The notes under the pieces: generated by a model
What the model was told of the DNA's origin: nothing
Database searches by the model: none
What the model saw: the letters and a program-made list of their open reading frames with translations, nothing else
Source of the DNA: Anolis carolinensis
Lineage: Eukaryota
Assembly: GCF_035594765.1 (NCBI RefSeq)
Contig: NC_085843.1
Coordinates: 90,683,971-90,747,970, forward strand
Direction of reading: 5' to 3'
Length of the DNA stretch: 64,000 bases
Position numbers and translations under genes: made by a program
Shown here: positions 1 to 11,400 of the stretch, piece after piece
How positions within the stretch are numbered: the stretch's first letter is position 1
Layout of the letters: each line of letters starts with the position of its first letter

Positions 1-940
1 AAGGTGTATACTTTATACCTATTGAATACAACCTATAGATGTATTGCTAGCAGTTAATAATCCCAAGTACAGGAGATGTTTCCTTGTATTTTGCACCCCA
101 TGAAGTCTATCACATTGTATTGCCATCTTTTATATGGAAAACAGTGATTATAATAAATTCTAAGCTTTTCAAATTTTAATCAGCATGGTGGATCTTGCTT
201 TTTATTTTATCTTGTGAACAGGAGCTGAAATAAGTAAGTGAAAGATTATAACAGCACAGGCCCAAATCCAATTGTTAGTCCCACATGGAGTAAATCTATT
301 GGGTTGATGACTCAGCCCATTGATTCAGCTCTAATCTAGTTAGGACTAGCAATTGAATTTGGATCATATAATACTCATATGATTCATGACTAACAAAACA
401 ATCGAATATAATACTGAGAAACTGGGATGGCAAATCTAATTGAACATACCTTTTAAGTTTCTGTTTTTCTTTGCTACTTCAGGGTCACAGTATCCAGCAA
501 TCAGAATGTCTGTTGAGTCACTATTTATGGATGAAGGGGAGGTATTATTCCTGAAACATTCCTCAAGACTTTCTTAATAAAAATAAAAGGTTTGCTTAAG
601 AAAATTGTCATGATTCATCACTGTTGATATAGCCCACTGAATTTCATTAGGTTTATCATGCATGATACTAACATTACATTATTTAATAGCTGAATTTTTA
701 CTAACTACACTCATTTAGTTGTTAACTATAGAATTTCTGGTACCAAACTATTTTTCTTGAGTATCTAATCCAAAATTCCAACATACTTGTGTGATAAAAT
801 CTGTGGTAGACAGTAATTGGAAAAATGCCAGGCTACGTGGATAACTACTCTCTTTTATAGCATTGGCAGTAACAGCACTTAGATCTCTGGAATAGTCATT
901 GTAAGGTATTGTAAAATTGTTTTGACTGTAGTAAAAGACT

Positions 941-1929
941 ATGTTGTCTGTGCGCATTCAGAAGTAGACCTACAAGCCACTCTAAACACCTTTGCAGAAG
1001 CATACAAGAAGCTCGGCCTCACTGAACATTGAGAAAACCAAAGTGCTCTTCCAACAGGCACCAGCTAAGCCCTCTTCAATGCCAGGAATACAGCTTAATG
1101 GTGTAACATTAGAAAATGTTGTCCATTTCCTCTACCTTGGCAGCCATCTCTCCACAAAAGTCAACATTGACACTGAAATACAACACCACCTCAGCTCTGC
1201 GAGTGCAGCATTTTTCTGAATGAAGCAGAGAGTGTTTGATGATCGGGATATCCCTAGAGATACCAAGATGTTTGTTTATAAAGTCATTGTCCTCCCAACC
1301 TTGCTATATGCCTGCGAAACATTGATGGTCTATAGACATCACACTCAACTCCTGGAGCATTTCCATCAGGTCTGCCTCAAAAATCCTGCAAATCTCTTGA
1401 GAAGACAAGTGGACAAATGCCAGTGTGCTGGAAGAAGCAAAGACCACCAGCATTGAAGCAATGCTCCTACGCCATCATCTCCACTGGACTGGCCACGTCT
1501 GAATGCCCGATCACCATCTCCCAAAGCAGTTACTCTACTCCTAACTCAAGAACGGAAAACGGAATGTTGGTGGGCAGGAAAAGAGATTTAAAGATGGGCT
1601 TAAAGCCAACCTTAAAAACTGTGGCATAGACACTGAGAACTGGGAAGCCCTGGCCCTTGAGCACTCTAATTGGAGGTCAGCTATGACCAGCAGTGCTGCG
1701 GAGTTCGAAGAGGCATGAATGGAGGGCTTAAGGGAGAAACATGCCATATGAAGGCCCGTCAAGCCAACCCTGACCGGGACCGCCTTCCACCTGGAAACCG
1801 ATGTCCTCACTGCAGGAGAACATGCGGATCAAGAATAAGTCTCTTCAGCCACCTGCGGACACACCCCCAAGACACCAGAAATGGAGGACCATCATCCTCG
1901 GCCTAGAGGGATCGCCTAAGCAAGTATAA
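941..1929 (+). mobile_element. 5'-truncated RTE-clade LINE with 13-bp TSD
   Basis: Broken RT C-terminus (LNIEKTKV...YLGS...PTLLYACET) and terminal CPHC...HLRTH zinc finger; TSD gtagtaaaagact at 928-940 and 1930-1942. Confidence 0.92.
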
Positions 1930-2044
1930 GTAGTAAAAGACTCTATATTGTTTTCAGCAGTCATTTAACTGTTCCTCTCAATATTAATAACCTGTTATGG
2001 AAGCATAAAGTAGACCAGTGAACCCCTTGTTAGTATTTTGGACT

Positions 2045-2190
2045 ATGGTGGAGGCTCCTTCTTTGGAGGCTTTTAAACAGAGGCTGGATCTATCCATCTA
2101 TCGGGGGTGCTTTGACTGCTATTTTCCTGCTTCTTGGAAGGGGGTTGGACTGGATAGCCCACAATGTCTCTTCCAACTCCATGATTCTGT
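2045..2190 (+). mobile_element. CR1 LINE 3' end fragment
   Basis: ggaggctccttctttggaggcttttaaacagaggctgga...ttccaactccatgattct; related fragments lie at ~24567-24642 (+) and ~36650-36715 (-). Confidence 0.75.
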
Positions 2191-3168
2191 GTGGTGTTAT
2201 ATTTTGTTTAATTTCACTTTTAGTATTTTAATGCTGGATCGGGTCCCATGGGGAATAAAAAATACTAAAAGTAGTTTGTGAGAATGGGTGAATTTCATAA
2301 TGAGTTTGCACAAATAGAAACAATTCAAGGCAGCAAGGGTAGTATGTGTTATGTGCAACTCAAACAGAAACACTGCCTTCACCCATTCCTGGCTCTTGCA
2401 CTCGTCACTAAAGGGCACTGTGCTAAGGAGTTTTGGCATTTTAACTGTATTCTAATTGAGAATGAATTTTCAGACATTTTTTGTGTGGTGGAATTTAGTA
2501 GAACTGTTTTGTTTGATAGGGTCATCCACAGTTCAACATGGAAACAGGCTACTCTAAAGGGTAAATTACATACAAAAACTCCTATTGCAACAAGTTTTAA
2601 AGAGAATCATTCGTTTTCAACAATAGACTTTTTCTGTTGAGTCTGGTATCCTGCTATGATGCAGCAGTACCAACAAGCTCTTCTACAGCAACAGGTCTTT
2701 GTTAAGCAGTTGCCACCACCTAAGCATTCTCCTGAATTTCTTGCTTCTCCTCAGTAGTTCTCTCCAGCCTTAATCTCCTATTCCAAGTCATTTCCAGCTC
2801 ATGTTGGGGCAGCTCTGGATGCCCATTATTCTACAAATAGATCAACGTCCTCTGATGCAGAGTCTGTTTCCAGTTATCAAAAACAATACTGGAATATTTT
2901 CTTATACATTGTATTCTTGCAGTGGTTCCCAACCTTTACTCCTCCAGGTGCTTTGGAGGGTTTCGGAGCTCCCAAAACCCTTGAAAGTTGGGCAAGCTGG
3001 CTGGGGCTTCTGGGAATTGAAGTCCCAAAGACCCAAGGACCATAGATTGGAAACCATTGCTCTTGAGCGACTTCACTTCCATGTTGATATGACTGAATCC
3101 TGCAGCTAACATACAGGATTAAGTTGAATAGGAACCTCCTTGATTCTGTCTTCCTAGCTTGTTAAATA

Positions 3169-3482
3169 CAGTAGAGTCTCACTTATCCAACATAAACGGG
3201 CCGGCAGAATGTTGGATAAGTGAATATGTTGGATAATAAGGAGAGATTAAGGAAAAGCCTATTAAACTTCAAATTAGGTTATGATTTTACAAATTAAGCA
3301 CCAAAACATCATGTAATTGGACAGAAAAAGTAATTCAATACTCAGTAATGCTATGTAGTAATTACTGTATTTACAAATTTAGCACCAAAATATTACAATG
3401 TATTGAAAACATTGTCTACAAAAATGTGTTGGATAATCCAGAACATTGGATAAGCGAGTGTTGGATAAGTGAGACTTTACTG
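3169..3482 (+). mobile_element. Tc1/mariner (Tigger-like) MITE
   Basis: TIR cagtagagtctcacttatcca / tggataagtgagactttactg, flanked by TA. Confidence 0.9.
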
Positions 3483-3687
3483 TACATGGCATTGGAACAC
3501 GTGCATTAGCCATGTAGAAGAATGTACTCAATGCAACTATATAATCTATATAATCACTGGTTGAAATAAACGGATAGTATCGTGGTTCATGTGTGGTCTC
3601 ATGTCTTCTGCAAAATAAACAATCTGGGTTATTAACTCAGCATTGTAAGAATCTGGTCAATATACTCTCTAATGGGTATTAGTTTAC

Positions 3688-3895
3688 CATCCTGTTTGCC
3701 AGTTAGTGTATGCATTAGCAATTCATATTGCCTCTTTACATCCCATAGTTCTTCTTTCAGTCTGTGGTTTTCCTCATTCAGCTGATGACTGATCTCCCTT
3801 ATTCTCCTGGATTCACTCCTCAGCTCACAAATTTCTTCATGCAGGGCCTGCTCATAAGTGTCTACTGGACCATGGCAGTTGTGCATCCTGTTGAT
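3688..3895 (-). CDS. Coiled-coil gene, 208-nt exon (INRMHNCHGPVDTYEQALHEEICELRSESRRIREISHQLNEENHRLKEELWDVKRQYELLMHTLTGKQD)
   Basis: ttttcctcttgaaag|ATC AAC...GAT G|gtaaac; heptad pattern. Confidence 0.85.
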
Positions 3896-6800
3896 CTTTC
3901 AAGAGGAAAAATAGATTAAACTGTGTTTGAGCTCTATGTATACAGTATAATCCTTTGCTCTATGCATTGAATATCCACAGCTTCATTTACCCATGGTTGC
4001 CCCACCCCAATCCCACCAAGAGTCTCTGTGGGCCTCTCTAGGTCTTCCAGTGTGTTTCAGCCCTATGATTCTGGCAGAAATATAGCCAACTAGGTTTCAC
4101 AAATATCTATGGTTTCTGGTAGCCACAGAAGATCTTGGAACATATCCCCCCCATGAATCCAAGGGGGTTATTTCATAATGACTTGTAATTCTCAAGTTCA
4201 TTTAACTTAATGTTATATATACATATCCCGAGAAATACTATAAGCAAAATATAATGCAGAAACAAAAAGAGCTAGGTTAGGATGTTTTTTTCCCATGTGC
4301 CACTCTTCAAAAAGCAGAAAGTTAGTTACTTGCAATAGGGGCAGAGAGGCTTCAGTTTTATAGGATCTATTTTTTGAAAGCTATTTGATGTATAAGAGCT
4401 ACAGCTAAAAGACATACACTTTGGATAAAGGAATTTGGTGTCTCTGGGCACATTCTACTTCTAGGAGTTTATTTTCAGTATGAGAATCCATCTCACACAA
4501 AACCACACTCCTGGATTGCTACATGACTTCTTCAGCAAATATATTTAGGAGAGCGAAGTGATTTAGTTGTGAAATAATTGGAGCCGAAACCAATCCATAA
4601 GGAGACTCCAATCAATCTGCCTACCAATGCACAGCATAGTTTATTCATTACTGTTTAAGACTGTGCAATTAACAAAAGTGTGCTAAAGGTGCCTACAATT
4701 ATTAATTGAAAATATATACAGGTGGTAAAAACACAAGATATATATATGTGTGTGTGTGTGTGTGTGTATAAAAATGTTGTTCCACCATATTATTTGGTGA
4801 ATTTTACGTATGACTGAATCAGTTTTACTCCCTGTAACTCCAATAGGAAAAGAACAGGTTTAAAATCATAATGTAGAGGATATTAAAGATGAATTGTCCA
4901 CTTCCCCTTAAAAGATGGCATACCTTTTTCTTCAACATAAGATTTTCTTCAGTGCAATTTGCTAATTGTTGTAAATATTCAGTTTTTAACAGAGCCATTT
5001 CATTCTTCAGTTGTGAAATTTCTTCATTTGCCTTTGCTAGCTGTAAGACAGCTGTTTTGTTGGCTTTGTGAAGGTTGCTGATCTGGCCTTTAAGATTCAC
5101 TAGACATCAAGATACAAGTACACATAAAAGTGATCCAGCCAGATGTGAATATATTTAAGACCTGGTTTACTCAAAACTTCAATCCTATGTTTCATTCTCC
5201 TCTAAGAAAACATTGTATTATGCAAAAAATATAATAAACAATTGATAAAATTGTGTTGCATTTTTTTCTTCCTGTTGCAATATAATGGAGTTCAAAATGC
5301 TCAGGTTGCAGCCAAATATGCTTAAGTGACAAAGAGTCACTTAAATTGAGGAGCTTTATCTCCAGTTTAGTAGTATACTTAAGCTTGCAAAACTGAAGAC
5401 TTTAATGTCAGTATTAGTATTTTTAGAATCAGGATAATATTAAGAACAACATTAAAGAATGAAAAGCACACCTTGCATTAACTCTAGCACAAGTCAATAC
5501 ACACTCTAATGAAAATAAAAATTGGTGAATGTCGAATAAAGAAACAAAGCCTTCATACCAATAAATTGCTGCAGGATGATAGGAGAATTGCATTCAGATA
5601 TCAGTAGACTGTCGGTGGATTCTTCTTTGTTAACATTTTCAGCCTACAATATGAATTCATTGGAATTTATTTTGTTGAAAAACCAAATGTAAATATTTTT
5701 CCTTACTTTTTATTGAACTGATTTATTTTTTTTAATTTTCTTTCTTACTCTGTTCTTATGTTCAAAGAAGGATACCTTATTTATTTGTATTATATGACGC
5801 TTAATAGTCCAGCTAAGTGCAACAGCTCATTCACTGGGCTATGTTTATTCTTAAAGCAAACTATTGCCATCTGCCATAAACTAATGTACAACCTAAGATT
5901 ATCCATTTCAGAAGGAATTCAGTTTACTTGATTTGCACTCCAGCTTCCAGAAAAAGAATAGGTGCAGGTTCATCGGTCTTTCCCAGTCCTACTATCAGAG
6001 ATTGAAGCTCTACTCTTCTACATGTTCGGACCCCTGAGCTATTACGCTATGAAGGTGGAGAAAATTGAAACATGCATTCTGTTTTTCATATTGTGAATGC
6101 AATCCTCAGAGCAGCAGACACTCTTGAATGAATTGTTCTATACTGCCATAACCTTATCTTTAGATATCACAAAGCAGAGATCTTTAAAGCACTGGTCATT
6201 CAAGCCTTTATGTGAACTATATCTCTCACAATCCATCACCATTGACTAAGCTGGCTAGGCCCAATGGAAGTTACAAACCACAGCTTTTGTGAAACTACTG
6301 TAGGAAGAAATTATGACTTCAGGGGAGAAATTATGACTTCAGGCTCACTCGTGCCTTAAGTCATAATTTCTCCTTTAGTAGTTACACAAAAGCTATGTCT
6401 CAGTGGCAACATAAATGGAAAGACCTCTATATTATTTCAATGAGCACCCTTAACAGTTCTTCTGCTGCACAATCGGTTCACTCTGCTGCACAGAAACAGA
6501 CTCTGTTTCTTACATTGTTATTAAAAGCATATCATATCTATAATAAGAGGAAATTATTATACAGTAGAGTCTCACTTATCCAACACTTGCTTATCCAACA
6601 TTCTGGATTATCCAACGTATTTTTGTAGTCAATGTTTTCAATACATTGTGATATTTTGGTGCTAAATTCGTAAATACAGTAATTACAACATAGCATTACT
6701 GTGTATTGAACTACTTTTTCTGTCAAATTTGTTGTATAACATGATGTTTTGATGCTTAATTTGTAAAATCATAACCTAATTTGATGTTTAATAGGCTTTT

Positions 6801-8429
6801 CCTTAATCTCTCCTTATTATCCAACATATTCGCTTATCCAACGTTCTGCCGGCCCGTTTATGTTGGATAAGTGAGACTCTACTGTACTTTTAAAGCATTT
6901 TACCTTGCTGTTCTGTTTGCTACTGTCAGTAAGATTCAGACTCTGTTCCTTGAAGAGAAGTTGGCCTTTGCTCTGAAGATTCTTCATGTCTGTCCTTTCC
7001 CATTTGTTTTCAACTGGACATTTTTGCTGAAATTTAGACTGTACAAGCAAGTCTCTCGTCTTTGTTGGTTTACAAACATAAATAGATAAACATGTCAGTT
7101 TATATTCAAGTATTTACTCTTCAATTTGACTATTAAACAAGGGCTGTTGCATTAGCATATATGGTGTTTGCTTTTTCTATTTATAAGTCAGACAGTCTTT
7201 AAAATTGATACTGGGCATTTGAACAATATAATGTATCATCTTTACACTAAAACTATTTATATGCTCTTAATTTATTGCAGCTCTCAAAGCAGTCTAAAGA
7301 CCTAACAGTTGTAGTACCACTATAATTAAATTAATATAGGAATATTTCACAACATTGAGATATACAGGACTGGATATTTGTGTATGTTCTCATCCCACAT
7401 TTATATATGTGTTTATGCTTATATATGTGTTTGAATGCATATATATGGGGAAGAGCAGGAAGGGTAACAGAAAAACCAAATAGGAAAAAAATAAGAGGTT
7501 CTCATGTCTTGTTTGCATGGGCCAAGCAGAATATGCTGATGCACATTTTTTTCCTTTTTGAATTGACCTTTTATGGTCAATAAAGAAATATTTCCATTGG
7601 GAAAAATGAAATGGAAATAAAACAGTAATAAATATTGCTACTTCCACCACCACCACTACTACTACTATATGCAGTTCCTTGGAAGTGTGATAGGATGGAC
7701 CCAGGTATATTCTCACAACACAGTTGTAGAAGTGCTCTAGTTTTATGAGAAATTCAACAACTGGAAGAACTGCAACATTAAATCCATGTACAATATTACA
7801 TAAAGGCCCAGCACCCACCAAAGCTATTATGTAGAACCCGGGTTGTTGAATTTATAGAATGATAATGTGCACAATGGTAAAATAAATTGCTGTGCTCACA
7901 TTAGTGTAGGACAGGTTCTAAATCTAAACTATTATGGTTGCAACCCAAGTGGCTTTTCTAATAAACAGTAATGCCTATAGTTTGGATCAGGGGTCCCCAA
8001 ACTAAGGCCCGGGGGCCGAATGCGGCCCTCCAAGGTCATTTACCTGGCCCCCGCCCTCAGTTTTATAATATATTTTTATATCATTTTAATAATATATTGT
8101 ATTTACATATAATATTGATAATAATATTATAATGTTATAAAATATAATATTAATACCATATAATAATATTAATTATATGTTATATATTACATATAATATT
8201 ACAGTATAGTGCAGGGGTCCCCAAACTAAGGCCCAGAGGCCGAATGCGGTCCTCCAAGGTCATTTACCTGGCCCCCGCCCTCAGTTTTATAATATAATAT
8301 TTTATATCATTTTAATAATATATATTGTATATACATATAATATTGATAATAATATTATGTTATACAATATATTAATAATAATACCATATTACAATATAGT
8401 GGTATCGTTCAATATATATAATATATATA

Positions 8430-8463
<34 letters not shown>

Positions 8464-11400
8464 TACTAATATTGTGCTATGCTAATAATATAATATATTG
8501 TATGTACATACAGCTGCTCTGAGTCCCCTTCAGGGTGAGAAGGGTGGGATATAAATGTAATAAATAAATGTAGTAAATGAATAAATATATAATTTTAGAC
8601 TTAGGCTCGCCCAAAGTCTGAAATGACTTGAAGGCACACAACAACAACAACAATCCTAATTCACTTGACTATCTCATTGGCCAGAAGCAGGCCCACCCTT
8701 CCCATTGAAATCCTGATAGGTTTATGCTGGTTACAATTGTTTTCATTTTTAAATATTGTATTGTTCTTTCATTGTTGTTTTGCACTACAAATAAGACATG
8801 TGCAGTGTGCATAGGAATTTGTCCGGTTTTTTTTTTTTCCAAATGATAATTCGGCCCCTCCACAGTCTGAAGGATTGTGGACCAGCCTTCTGCTTTAAAA
8901 GTTTGAGGACCCCTGGTGTGGATAGTAAGATTTTTTTTCTGATATTAAAAAGGAGAAAATTTGCCCTTCAAATCATAATACTATCTCAGTAAACCATCCC
9001 TAGGTTGTTTTTTTTTTTTAGAATGAAGAGCCCAAATGCAGAACTAAGAAATTCCTACAAAGAGTCCTTCAAAAGAATGGAATGAGTGGATGTAGATGTG
9101 ACAAGACCTTGCATCCCAAGAACTCAGGCTGCTTTAGACTAATCTGAAAGAGCCCTTTGTGACAGTTTTTAGTATCACAGTAATAAGATAATAAATAATT
9201 GTGGTTAGATTGATCGTTCTAAATTAAACACAGCAAATTAATCTTTAAAATTACAGCAAAGAATACACATCAAATATACTGATATAAAGCTTGCATTCCT
9301 TCCCACCTCATTACAGTCTTTAAATTGCTGGAGTAGGGTGGTGCTTGCATATCCTCTCCCCTTTGAAATTACAGGCACTACAATGGCCATAGGGACTCTT
9401 CAAAGTTCAATTAATATTACACACACACAAATATAATCAGAAACAAGTAAGAGTGCTGGAGGATTGAAGTCTTGTCTTCAAAATGAGAAAACACTCATTT
9501 TTCTCGTGCTGTGGCGCAGGCTGGAAAGCAAGCCAGCTGCAACAAATCACTCTGACCAAGAGGTCATGAGTTCGAGGCCAGCCCGTGCCTGCGTCTTGTC
9601 TCTGTCTCTGTTCTATGTTATGGCATTGAATGTTTGCCTTTATGCGTGCAATGTGATCCGCCCTGAGTCCCCTTCGGTGTGAGAAGGGCGGAATATAAAT
9701 GCTGTAAATAAATAAATAAAACACTAGGTAAAAGAAAAATTCTTAAAATACTGAATGCCCATGTATATTGAGAATAAGAATTGAAAGCCTGTAGCTTTGA
9801 AAAATCAAACTGTTCACCGTATTTAAAAAAAATTCAAGAGACAATCAAGTATTTGAAATCTGTTTCCTGTAATAGTGTTCCCTCACTTATCACAGGGGTT
9901 ACATTCCAGGACCACCCACAAAAAGTGAAAATCTGCAAAGTAGGAATGCTATATTTATGTTGTTTGCAAGCAGCATTTCTGTCCTCTCCTCGCCTCTCAA
10001 GCACACACATGTGTGCTCCCGCCGCTGCCATTGCCTTGTGAGGTGAAAACAAAGCTGTTTCAGTCTCCTTTTCTCTCCCTTCCTTCGGCTTCTCCTTAGG
10101 AAGGAAGTAGAAAGAAGGATTTACAATATTTATGATTTATACTATTATTTTAGTGTTTATTAAAAAAACACAAAAGAGTGAATCCACGAAAAGCAAACCA
10201 CAAAGTAGTGAGGGAACACTGTACTTTCTTTTAGCTTAATCATAAGTACTTCCTATTAATACACGGAAAGTATTATCTTAAAATCAGCTATTAGCATAAA
10301 GCTTTTGTTCTTGGTACACTCATTGTTCTGCCCAGAAAGTATAAAAAACACCCTTCCCTTAAAAAAAAATCATTTTCTATTTTACCTCCATTGTTTTATT
10401 CATTTGGTCAGTATTCATATTTCTACCTTCAGCATCCCCAGCAGCTTTTCTATAATGGCACTGCCTTTCATTTACATCCAGAAAGAGCTTTTGTGTTGAC
10501 AATTTAACCACCACGGAGCCACGGAGGCAGGGCTTTGTCAAAAACACAGCTTGAACAGCTGCTGCAGAAGTCTGGTATAACACAACAAACACAAAGGAGA
10601 CAAGTGGGTCTCTTTCCAGCAAAATACAGCCAGCTCCCTGTGTTTCTTGTTTATTGTATGAATCAGACTTGTTAAAAAGCATCTTTCTGTAATGAAGATG
10701 ATCTGTAAAAATAATCAGTTTGGGTAACAACTTTATCACTTACTGTTTTGTATGTTTCATGTAATTTCTTTTTAACGACTTCTGCTGACATTTTGTAGAT
10801 ATTGGAAAAGAAGTCATACATATATTCATTAATATTTGGCCCTCTGCCATACACACACATTAGATTCTCTTCCTTCATTGCATGATCAAGCAGCAGTATA
10901 TATTGGAAAGCCAGCAAGAAACACGGCAACTATATAGTCAGCCTTATTGTCATTATTATTATTTATGTTTATTTATACCCTGCTTTATCTCCTCCGAAGG
11001 GGACTCAAAGTGGCTTAACATAAAAGCATCAGCATAACCATTTAACATATACAAATATATGAACATTAAAACAGGATTAAATATAAACCTGATTAAAAAT
11101 TCCCAAATAAAAACCAGTAAAACATTCAAAGTTAAAAACCACAGGACCCCCTTGAATTGATCTTAAACATCTTCATCTTTAAAAGCCTGCTTGAATAAAA
11201 AGATTTTAGCTTGCTGCTCAAAGGACAGTGGGGGGGGGGGGGGAATCATTCTGGCTTCCCTGGGCAGGTAGTTCCAGAGTCGAGGGGCAACCACCAAGAA
11301 GGCTCGCTTTCTCTTTCCCACCAACCGAGCTTAAGGTGGAGGTGGGACCAAGAGAAGGGCTTCTTCTGAAGATCTCAAGGGCCCAGCAGCTTCATACCAG

